A stretch of DNA of 20,000 nucleotides. Source: an uncultured virus (IMG/VR IMGVR_UViG_3300008113_011796) (lineage: Duplodnaviria > Heunggongvirae > Uroviricota > Caudoviricetes). Below, piece by piece: positions 7,838 through 15,327 of the stretch (positions are counted from its first letter, which is position 1; each line of letters opens with the position of its first letter). Both the position numbers and the translations under genes were made by a program. The stretch lies in IMG/VR virus record IMGVR_UViG_3300008113_011796, one strand, 5' to 3'. The notes beneath the pieces are model-generated. The model was not told where the DNA came from. It saw nothing but the letters and a program-made list of their open reading frames with translations, and did no database searches.

Positions 7838-10195
7838 ATGAAGATATACAGTGACTTGGTTCTTGCCGGAGGGCTTACATACTCAAACACGATTGGAACG
7901 CACTCGTTTACGAGGAACATACAGAGCAAGGTTGTAGAGTCGGTTTCGGTGATGGACTTCGGTGCGAAGGGTAACGGTGTCAACGACGACTCTGCGGCCA
8001 TCAACCGCGCGCTGAACAACGTCATCTTCAAAGGCGGTGGGCAGCTTGTATTTCCTCCAGGAACTTACAGCATCGCTTCCCAGCTCGGGAAGAGGTGGAG
8101 TGGAATATCGGCGCAGAACGTGTCGCTTGATATAGTCGGGATTGATGCGACCATAGTGCCGTTGGTTCCTGTTCACACCTACGGTCTTTTCATAGGAGGC
8201 GACTTCAGGAGCGTTACAGTGAAGGATCTCGTCTTCGAAGGAAACTACATTCTCACTTCGGCACTCGTGATAGACGGATCCGGTGGGGTGACCCAATCCG
8301 GCGACATACTGGACTACTATGCGGACTCGATAGTGGTCGAGAACTGTAGGGTCTACAACCTTAGGGGCCTTACGCAATCTAGGGCAGAGATTTCGGGCAT
8401 AAAAGTCAGCAACGCGAGAAGCTGCATAATACGCAACTGCACGGTCGACGGCCTCGATCGATTGAGCTGGTTGACAAAGAGGGACCATAGTCTGTCTTGG
8501 GAGGACCAGACATTACCTGGTTACTGGATGGACGTGAGTGGGATATCGGCGATCGACTGCGACAGGCTGACGTTGTCGGACTGCATAATAAAGGACGTAA
8601 GCCACGGTAACTCCAGGAATATGAACCCGGAGGATCCGACTAAGCCGTTCCCAGGTAAGTGTATACCTGGTGGAACTTTCAGTACGTTCGGTACGCGTGA
8701 TGACGGTATCGGCACGAGCAAGTACCTGAGGCTCTACGACGCGAACGGCATCAGGGTCTACAACGGCCGCGACACGTTCAACAGAAGCCAGTATCTCAGG
8801 CAGCAGTCGATAATATCGAACAACACGATGATTGACTGCGAGAACAGGTACATAAAGCTACAGACCAACGGGCAGGCGATAATCGAAAACAACATATTCT
8901 ACCTGGGCCAGGATCCCAAGAAACCGGCCAAGCCCCTATGTGGATGGCAATGGGAAGGTCACCCTTTCTTCGGTGCGACACAGGGTAACGACAACATACC
9001 TTACCCTGGCGTTAGGATGGGCTCTCTTGCACTATTGATTGACTCTCAGATAGCCAACGTTAAGATTATGAACAACAAGTTCTACATCGACGACTACTTC
9101 GTGGGCAACAAAAACTCACTGTTCGACAATTTGGCGGCAGACGAGGAGGGTCTTACTGCGTCGGTCTACCTAGGGCATACCTACAGCAACGAATGGGCCT
9201 ACGGAGTAAAATTCTCATACAACGACAACGACTTCTCGCCACACGTCGTTCTTTTCCAGGCACCTTCGATTGCGAATATCGTCGAGCCGTACGAGAGCTA
9301 CTACTCGCAGTACGAGAACAACGAGCTTTACTCGACAAAGGTTTGGCGAAACGGTATAGGAATACAACCACCTAGGGCTGGTTCGACCTCGAGCATCTAC
9401 ACGACCATAAAGAACAACATACACTCGTCAAACGCCTTATTCTCGAGCAGCACGCTGAACTCGAGAGAGGACGTCGCACATAAGTACTTCCTGCGCGCGA
9501 CCGTGCCGTACGGACCGAGCGCTGCCTCTGGTCAGTGGATACTGGACGTCAGTGGCAACAAGCTATACACATACGAGATGAGCTACTTCTCGCTCAGTGG
9601 TACGTACAGCAGCACCGACGCTAACGGAAACACGCTCACCGTGGAGCAGCAGGCTCAGCTACCGAGGGACTACTCTAACAACTGGACCTGGCTGTTCTAC
9701 GACAACTTCAGGTATCCGCAAGCCGGTAACAACGAGGTGATAAGGTCCGGCTACGTGGTCTTGCCGGGTGAGACGATGCCATCAACTGCGTCGGCAGCAG
9801 ATATGTCTCCGTTCACAAGCAACATGCTGATTAGGAACAACGTGATAGGCGACGTAGAGGGCCAAATATCTTTTCCGTTCGATATGAAGAAGCTCGTCGA
9901 CGGCTGTGACTTCGCGATTGCCGGCAGCAGCACCTTCTTCAACAGGACCCTTGTAGACCTACGTCCTAAGAACGTGCCCAACGACGATGCGTATACCTAC
10001 AACACGTCCGTCCTGAACTCCAGGATCTACAAGCAGGGCAACTTCACGTACCTCGACGGCCCTTACAGGCTATACAGGTCGCGCAACTGCGTCACCTGGG
10101 ACCATATGAGCTACGGCCACTCTTCGCCGACATGGTCGAACGGCGGCGTAAGCACTCCTATTTCGGCGACGTTCCCCTCGGAGAACCCCCTTTAG
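7838..10195 (+). CDS. Right-handed beta-helix (pectate lyase 3-like) tailspike/polysaccharide depolymerase
   Basis: RNIQSKVVESVSVMDFGAKGNGVNDDSAAINRAL...GGGQLVFPPGTY is the canonical Pectate_lyase_3 start; many IxNN/VENC beta-helix rungs; Asn/Ser/Gly-rich. Confidence 0.82.
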   Translation: MKIYSDLVLAGGLTYSNTIGTHSFTRNIQSKVVESVSVMDFGAKGNGVNDDSAAINRALNNVIFKGGGQLVFPPGTYSIASQLGKRWSGISAQNVSLDIVGIDATIVPLVPVHTYGLFIGGDFRSVTVKDLVFEGNYILTSALVIDGSGGVTQSGDILDYYADSIVVENCRVYNLRGLTQSRAEISGIKVSNARSCIIRNCTVDGLDRLSWLTKRDHSLSWEDQTLPGYWMDVSGISAIDCDRLTLSDCIIKDVSHGNSRNMNPEDPTKPFPGKCIPGGTFSTFGTRDDGIGTSKYLRLYDANGIRVYNGRDTFNRSQYLRQQSIISNNTMIDCENRYIKLQTNGQAIIENNIFYLGQDPKKPAKPLCGWQWEGHPFFGATQGNDNIPYPGVRMGSLALLIDSQIANVKIMNNKFYIDDYFVGNKNSLFDNLAADEEGLTASVYLGHTYSNEWAYGVKFSYNDNDFSPHVVLFQAPSIANIVEPYESYYSQYENNELYSTKVWRNGIGIQPPRAGSTSSIYTTIKNNIHSSNALFSSSTLNSREDVAHKYFLRATVPYGPSAASGQWILDVSGNKLYTYEMSYFSLSGTYSSTDANGNTLTVEQQAQLPRDYSNNWTWLFYDNFRYPQAGNNEVIRSGYVVLPGETMPSTASAADMSPFTSNMLIRNNVIGDVEGQISFPFDMKKLVDGCDFAIAGSSTFFNRTLVDLRPKNVPNDDAYTYNTSVLNSRIYKQGNFTYLDGPYRLYRSRNCVTWDHMSYGHSSPTWSNGGVSTPISATFPSENPL

Positions 10196-10203
10196 AAATA
10201 AGT

Positions 10204-10241
10204 ACAAAAGAGAAGAGGCCTAATGGCCTCTTCTCTTTTGT
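10204..10241. terminator. Long perfect inverted repeat / terminator
   Basis: ACAAAAGAGAAGAGGCC-TAAT-GGCCTCTTCTCTTTTGT, 17-bp stem just after the stop at 10195. Confidence 0.85.
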
Positions 10242-10280
10242 CGCCTATTTTCTTATCTTAGCAGGACGATATATACAGAC

Positions 10281-11453
10281 ATGAAGAAGATAATGAGATA
10301 CGGCGGATTCCTGGAGAGCAAGTCGGCGGAGATGCCGCTGCCGCAGGACGTCATAGACATAGCCGACGCGTACCAGCGCGCGGGAAAGGAGATCTACGTG
10401 GTCGGCGGTGCCGTCAGGGACTTCAAGAAGGGCGTCGAGCCGAAGGACTACGACCTGGTGACGAACGCGCTGCCGGAGGAGTCCAAGCACATACTGAAGG
10501 GGTTCAACGTGTCCGACGAGCAGGGCAAGAACTTCGGCGTGCTCCGGGTCTACACCAAGGCGGAGCCGGAGGGCTATGAGATAGCGACCTTCCGTAGGGA
10601 CATTGCGAAGGGTCGCGACACCAAAGGCGACGATCAGAAGGTAGAGATGGGGCCTGACGTCACCATCCAGGACGACGTGATGAGGCGCGACCTCACGATG
10701 AACGCGCTGTTCTACGATATAGCGAAGAAGGAGATAGTCGACCTGGTCGGCGGCATAGACGACATCGAGAAGGGAAGGGTCAGCGCCGTCGGCGACGCGG
10801 GCCAGAGGTTCCTGGAGGACAGGCTTCGAATAATGAGGGTGTTCAGGTTCGCCGCTAGGACCGGAGGCCACATAGCGGACAAGACCGCCGACGCGATACG
10901 CAAGGACAACCGCCTACGAGAGGTCGGCCCCACCGACGACGTGTCGCAGGAGAGGATCTGGGAGGAGATGGTGAAGGCCTGGAAGCAGGCGAAGGACTAC
11001 TCTCAGTACCTAGGATACTTCGACGAGTTCGATATGTGGGGCCAGGTCTTCCCGGGCGTGACGGTCTCTTCTCCTGTCGACAGCGCGGACTTCGCGGTCG
11101 TGATCGCGTCTCTTCTCAGGGACAATCCGGCCGACTACCTCGACAGGAAGCTGGTGCAGGATTTCCGCATCGACACGCCGCTCGCCAAGAAAGTCGCGTT
11201 CCTGGTATCACTCAGGGACTTCGACGCCGAGTCGGTTCTGGATTACTGGAGGAAAAGACAGTCCTCCGGTGTGACCTACGAGACGATACTCGAGTGGCTG
11301 ACCAAAACGGCAAGCCAGAGACAGGATCTCGTAAGGTTCGTCGCATGGAGGCCTTCCGTGAAGTCCGAGGAGCTTATGTCCAGGGGTTTCAAAGGAAAGG
11401 CATTGGGTGAGGAGATAAAGAGGCTCGAGGTGGAAAAATTCAAATCCGAATAG
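10281..11453 (+). CDS. cca: Class II tRNA nucleotidyltransferase (CCA-adding-type), no HD domain
   Basis: VGGAVRD...DYD (motif A), EIATFR, RRDLTMNAL (motif B), EDRLR (EDxxR template motif), ERIWEE, C-terminal GFKGKALGEEI; lacks the GRRF-type poly(A) polymerase signature (has QGKNFG). Confidence 0.88.
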   Translation: MKKIMRYGGFLESKSAEMPLPQDVIDIADAYQRAGKEIYVVGGAVRDFKKGVEPKDYDLVTNALPEESKHILKGFNVSDEQGKNFGVLRVYTKAEPEGYEIATFRRDIAKGRDTKGDDQKVEMGPDVTIQDDVMRRDLTMNALFYDIAKKEIVDLVGGIDDIEKGRVSAVGDAGQRFLEDRLRIMRVFRFAARTGGHIADKTADAIRKDNRLREVGPTDDVSQERIWEEMVKAWKQAKDYSQYLGYFDEFDMWGQVFPGVTVSSPVDSADFAVVIASLLRDNPADYLDRKLVQDFRIDTPLAKKVAFLVSLRDFDAESVLDYWRKRQSSGVTYETILEWLTKTASQRQDLVRFVAWRPSVKSEELMSRGFKGKALGEEIKRLEVEKFKSE

Positions 11454-11465
11454 AATATATACGAC

Positions 11466-11942
11466 ATGGCTATAAAGAGATACGACGGGTTCAGAGAGTC
11501 TGCCGACTACACCCTTGCGATGGTGAACCAGATGGCTGAGTTCGACAGGTACCAGACGCCGCAGCTCAACACCGTCGACAAGAAGTACAACGAGGACCTT
11601 ACTCGGTTCCTATGGGACATCGCCGACGTTAAGAGGATAGACGCGATAGGTGGCACCGAGGCGAAGCCTGGTATGAGGAGGTACAGCATCGACGAACTGG
11701 TCGACTTCGAGGACGTGGTCCATATGGCGCCGACCGGCATCGCCTGCGGAATAAAGGTCTGCAAGTACCCGATGGGATCCTATATGGAGTATCAGACCTG
11801 GCCAGGCGGCTACATCGAGGGCTTCATAAGAATGGACAGCGACGACGCGAGGTTCGACGAGTACTTCGTCTGGACCTATATTCGGATGGAGCACCTCAGA
11901 AATATAATAGAGAGGTTCGATGGTAAGATTAAGTTGTTTTGA
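11466..11942 (+). CDS. Hypothetical protein with capsid-targeting-like N-terminus (MAIKRYDGFRES)
   Basis: 158-aa ORF; ATATATA at 11455-11461, 4 nt before the ATG. Confidence 0.8.
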   Translation: MAIKRYDGFRESADYTLAMVNQMAEFDRYQTPQLNTVDKKYNEDLTRFLWDIADVKRIDAIGGTEAKPGMRRYSIDELVDFEDVVHMAPTGIACGIKVCKYPMGSYMEYQTWPGGYIEGFIRMDSDDARFDEYFVWTYIRMEHLRNIIERFDGKIKLF

Positions 11943-12373
11943 AAAATTGGATTGATATGTTTAACAAGGTTGATTTTGTAAAGGATTCGAAGGGAATGAC
12001 CCTTCTTTCGATGCAGTTGGAGCCATCTGTCGTGCACGGTCATCTCGAAGACGAGAAGGCGGCTACTGGTGATTACGAGGTCGTTGTCGTGGACTCGGCA
12101 GAGTGTTTCAAGCTCACGAACGAGATTGGTATGAAGTCGCTTGTCGAGGCAGTTCGCAGGTTCCAGGCCATCGAGATAGACGACCTGGTTTTTGGCGAGG
12201 TGGAAATCAATGAAGGCGATGGCGTTTCCAGGTTCTCGGTGAGCTGCGACTCAGAGAAGCTCCACTCGTTCAGGAACGTTCTTGGCCTGCCGGTCGTTGA
12301 GTTCGAGTTGGGCTTCGAGGTAAGCAAGCAGTCAAAGGGCAGAAAGAAGGAAAACACTAAAAGCGATATATAG
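11939..12373 (+). CDS. Hypothetical protein, possibly a degenerate 2H-phosphoesterase-like fold
   Basis: TTG start overlapping the upstream TGA (TTGA coupling); alternative ATG at about 11957. Segments YEVVVVD...EIDDL...VSCDSEKL..FRNVLGLP..EFELGF recall phage 2H phosphoesterases but without HxT motifs. Confidence 0.6.
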   Translation: MKNWIDMFNKVDFVKDSKGMTLLSMQLEPSVVHGHLEDEKAATGDYEVVVVDSAECFKLTNEIGMKSLVEAVRRFQAIEIDDLVFGEVEINEGDGVSRFSVSCDSEKLHSFRNVLGLPVVEFELGFEVSKQSKGRKKENTKSDI

Positions 12374-12401
12374 TGAGACTTTTGAAAAAATAATTTTAGT
12401 A

Positions 12402-12689
12402 ATGAAGCTATACACATACTACAGCATAGACGAGTGCAAGGATACGAAGAGGATCAAGAAGGAGTTGAACGTCTTTGACCGAGAGGGGAAGATAGAGTAT
12501 GAGATAGACCGTATCACTTCCGTGCTGAAGATTGAGGACATCGACCTGGAGGACGCGGACATCGAGTACCTGGTCGAGCTTTTCGAGGATCTTGAGGTCT
12601 ATCCGAACATGGATATGGAGGAAGACGACGAAGACGGTGACGACTACGGTTACTACGACGACGACGGTTCGGACGACGAAGACTACTAA
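12402..12689 (+). CDS. Small, highly acidic hypothetical protein
   Basis: 95 aa with a D/E-rich tail (EEDDEDGDDYGYYDDDGSDDEDY); followed by a terminator. Confidence 0.8.
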   Translation: MKLYTYYSIDECKDTKRIKKELNVFDREGKIEYEIDRITSVLKIEDIDLEDADIEYLVELFEDLEVYPNMDMEEDDEDGDDYGYYDDDGSDDEDY

Positions 12690-12715
12690 AGGCCCAGAAT
12701 GGCCTTTTTCTTTTT
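12688..12715 (+). terminator. Rho-independent terminator
   Basis: AAAGGCC-CAGAAT-GGCCTTT followed by TTCTTTTT. Confidence 0.75.
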
Positions 12716-12780
12716 AATATGTTTTATATTTAAGGTATTTGGCACGGCATGTGTTTGTTAGTTGCGTAATATATAAGTCA

Positions 12781-13050
12781 GTGAAAAAGATGATTTTGGT
12801 CATATCGATGCTACTCTGTCTTCCTGTGTTCTCGCAGGCCAGGAAGAAGCCTGCCAGGTTGGTTCGGGACAGCGTGGTCGAGATACTTTACACCGACGGA
12901 ACCAGGAGGAAGATGGTCTGGGTGAACGACAGCACCGTTATGCTCGTGATCACGGACCTGAAGGGACGTCCGTTCTCGAAGGCGTACGTCGATCCGGAGT
13001 TCGCCGAGAACCAGAGAAGGATTTATTTCATAATAAAAATAGAGGAGTAG
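12781..13050 (+). CDS. Small secreted/periplasmic protein with Sec signal peptide
   Basis: GTG 12781 (or ATG 12790) gives MKKMILVISMLLCLPVFS|QARKK: basic n-region, hydrophobic core, VFS cleavage site; ATATATA at 12769-12775, 5 nt before the GTG. Confidence 0.7.
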   Translation: MKKMILVISMLLCLPVFSQARKKPARLVRDSVVEILYTDGTRRKMVWVNDSTVMLVITDLKGRPFSKAYVDPEFAENQRRIYFIIKIEE

Positions 13051-13081
13051 TTTGGTGGTTCGCGGCAAATGCCTATATTTG
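13051..13081 (+). promoter_or_regulatory. Bacteroidota-type primary-sigma promoter
   Basis: TTTG 13051-13054, 19-nt spacer, TATATTTG 13074-13081, upstream of ATG 13128. Confidence 0.8.
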
Positions 13082-13127
13082 TAGAGAAGATAACGAACAA
13101 CAATAATAACTCTAAAAACTCTATACT

Positions 13128-13751
13128 ATGGCTAATCTATTCGCGAAGGCAAAAAAGGCAGCACCTGCTAAGACTACTAAGGCTAAAGAACAAAAAGTGA
13201 GAATCCCGGTTGAGGATCCAGACTTCTTCGAGAAGGTTTCCAAGCTGGAGCAGTTGCAGGACACCTTGAAGTCCGCTAAGGCGAAGGCTGACCTTATCTC
13301 GGACGAGCTGAAGGGTATCGCCAAAGACAAATGGGTAGAGCTTTACGAAGACAACAAGAAGAACCCAGAGTCTGTGATGATCGTTCAGGAGAACGCTGTC
13401 GGCGACACCGCGCAGTTCATGTTCGTACCTACGGACAAATACATCACAATCAACGAGGAGCGTGCGGAGGAGCTGAAGGAGGCCTACGGCGACGACATCG
13501 TGGACGAGAAGACCACATTCTCTTTCGACGACGCGATGATCGAGAAGTACGGCGAGATACTTTCTGAGTTGATCGAGGGATGCGACGAGATACCTACAAA
13601 GGACAAAGAGAAGATAATCAAGGCGGTTACGACTTACTCTGTCGCTAAAGGAACGATTGACAAGTTCTTGGTGTACGGCGAGGCAGCAGAGTTGATGGAG
13701 ACCGTGAAGCCGGTCGTCGCAATCAAGAACGTCGAGGTAATCAAAGGATAA
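13128..13751 (+). CDS. Hypothetical protein with Lys/Ala-rich N-terminal tail and coiled coil
   Basis: 207-aa ORF behind a consensus promoter; AKAKKAAPAKTTKAK N-terminus, helical segment LEQLQDTLKSAKAKADLISDEL, acidic body. Confidence 0.85.
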   Translation: MANLFAKAKKAAPAKTTKAKEQKVRIPVEDPDFFEKVSKLEQLQDTLKSAKAKADLISDELKGIAKDKWVELYEDNKKNPESVMIVQENAVGDTAQFMFVPTDKYITINEERAEELKEAYGDDIVDEKTTFSFDDAMIEKYGEILSELIEGCDEIPTKDKEKIIKAVTTYSVAKGTIDKFLVYGEAAELMETVKPVVAIKNVEVIKG

Positions 13752-13825
13752 ACAAACTCGCGAGTTGGCAATCTGCCGTAAAACCCTGGTTTCTCGCTTT
13801 ATTTACTAATACAAAAGAAGATAAT

Positions 13826-14023
13826 ATGAGCTACGTTATTGACACGAAAACGAAGGAGACGATAGTTGGCTTGGCCAAGCAGCTTCCGAACGACCAGGAC
13901 CTTGGCAAGCGTTTCAGGGGCGGCCAGGTCTTACACGGCATCTGCCTGGAGTTTCCGAACGACCAGGAACTGGGCAGGGAGTTGAGAAAGATTTACCTCT
14001 CGACAAAAAAAACAGAGGCCTGA
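13826..14023 (+). CDS. Small protein with duplicated PNDQxLGxxxR motif
   Basis: LPNDQDLGKRFR and FPNDQELGRELR; identical 16-mer TTCCGAACGACCAGGA at 13884-13899 and 13953-13968. Confidence 0.75.
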   Translation: MSYVIDTKTKETIVGLAKQLPNDQDLGKRFRGGQVLHGICLEFPNDQELGRELRKIYLSTKKTEA

Positions 14024-14046
14024 TGCGCCGGGTAAAGAAAAAGCAT

Positions 14047-14054
14047 TACATTTG
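14047..14054 (+). promoter_or_regulatory. -7 element TAnnTTTG (TACATTTG) upstream of the AAA ATPase
   Basis: Matches the -7 consensus in an intergenic gap and is followed by an A-rich leader; no clean -33 TTG at 19 nt. Confidence 0.55.
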
Positions 14055-14093
14055 TAGAGTAGAACATAAAAACATAAACTAAAAATAGAAGAT

Positions 14094-15251
14094 ATGAGTA
14101 ACGATTTAGCGACAAAGAATATGGAAAACACGAAAGCAGGCAGTATGCCGCAATGGATGCTTGATAAGCTCCACTTATTGACAGACAAGGAAAGTGAGTA
14201 CTTGTCATTGATGTGGCCTAAGTACGGCGTTTTGTTCATCACGGCTAAGCCTGGTGTTGCGAAGTCTGCGATTGGTTTGTCTATCGCTAAGAAGTTAGGC
14301 ATGAGGTATATCGACATGCGTTTGTCGATGTCCGACGAGGGTGACTTCAAATACCCTTACTTGGAGGACTTGGAGTACGACGGCAAGACGTACAAGGTTT
14401 CTGGCTACGCAGTTCCGCGCTGGGCCTTCGACGCCAACCAGACACCGACAATCATCCACTTCGAGGAGTTGAACCGTGCGCCTCAGTTCGTGAGAAACGC
14501 CGCGTTACAAATCCTTTTAGAGCGCGAGATTGGAGACTTCAAGTTCAACGACAACGTGTTGATGATGGCGTCGGGTAACTTAGGTGACGAGGATGCTACA
14601 GACGTAGAGGAGTTCGACGCTGCCTTGAACAACCGTCTTATTCACATCGACCACGTGTTGGCAGTGAACGAGTGGATCGAGGACTTCGCCAACGAGAAGT
14701 GTCACCGCTTGATCGTTAGCTACATCAAGACACACCCAGAGCAGTTGTACAAAACTTCAGACAACGCCAAAGGCTACGCAACGCCGCGTTCCTGGACGAT
14801 GATGTCGAAGTTCATCACTGAGAACTTCGGAATTGAAGCAGACCCGAGAGAGTTCTTGCCACGCTTGAGAAGAGTAGCACACGGCTACGTAGGAAACTCG
14901 GCTCACAAGTTCCTTCAGTACTGCGAGGACATGATGAACATCAGCATCCAGGACGTGTTGAACAACTACGACGGCATCAAGAAGGACTTGGCGAAGTACA
15001 ACCGCGACAAGAACTCCGAGTTGATCCAGTCCTTGAAAGAGTTGAACATCCAAGATTTCACAGAGAAGCAGCTTGGTAACATCGTGAAGTTCTTGAACGG
15101 TGTAGGCGACGACGAGAAGACAGCGTACTTGTTGTGGATACTTGACAACGTGCCGAACATCGGCGAGCCGAAAATCAAGAAGTTCTTGCTCAAGTTCGAA
15201 GACCTCTTGAGAACCATCAAAAAAATCAACAAGCCTGGTTCGGCTAAATAG
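14094..15251 (+). CDS. MoxR-like AAA+ ATPase (AAA_5-type), probable partner of the DUF2201-VWA protein
   Basis: Walker A-like AKPGVAKS, YIDMRLS, Walker B-like IIHFEELNRA, sensor-1 MASGN, Arg finger DAALNNR, ATPRSW. Confidence 0.88.
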   Translation: MSNDLATKNMENTKAGSMPQWMLDKLHLLTDKESEYLSLMWPKYGVLFITAKPGVAKSAIGLSIAKKLGMRYIDMRLSMSDEGDFKYPYLEDLEYDGKTYKVSGYAVPRWAFDANQTPTIIHFEELNRAPQFVRNAALQILLEREIGDFKFNDNVLMMASGNLGDEDATDVEEFDAALNNRLIHIDHVLAVNEWIEDFANEKCHRLIVSYIKTHPEQLYKTSDNAKGYATPRSWTMMSKFITENFGIEADPREFLPRLRRVAHGYVGNSAHKFLQYCEDMMNISIQDVLNNYDGIKKDLAKYNRDKNSELIQSLKELNIQDFTEKQLGNIVKFLNGVGDDEKTAYLLWILDNVPNIGEPKIKKFLLKFEDLLRTIKKINKPGSAK

Positions 15252-15255
15252 AAAG

Positions 15256-15279
15256 AGGCGCGTAAGCGCCTTTTCTTTT
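15256..15279 (+). terminator. Rho-independent terminator
   Basis: AGGCGC-GTAA-GCGCCT (GNRA loop) followed by TTTCTTT. Confidence 0.8.
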
Positions 15280-15327
15280 AAACATACTTCCACGGCGCAT
15301 ATATAAAACGACATACACTAACTAGAA

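Noticed and set aside
10204..10241. 17-bp inverted repeat as a mobile-element end or ncRNA
   Set aside because: Position right after a stop codon and the purine/pyrimidine tracts are adequately explained by a terminator; no partner repeat or transposase.
10281..11453. Poly(A) polymerase PcnB
   Set aside because: Lacks the GRRF-type PAP signature and retains the EDxxR template motif; CCA-adding type is more likely, though untested.
13755..13766. 12-bp palindrome AACTCGCGAGTT after the 13128 gene
   Set aside because: Single copy, no loop or U-tract; cannot be told from chance.
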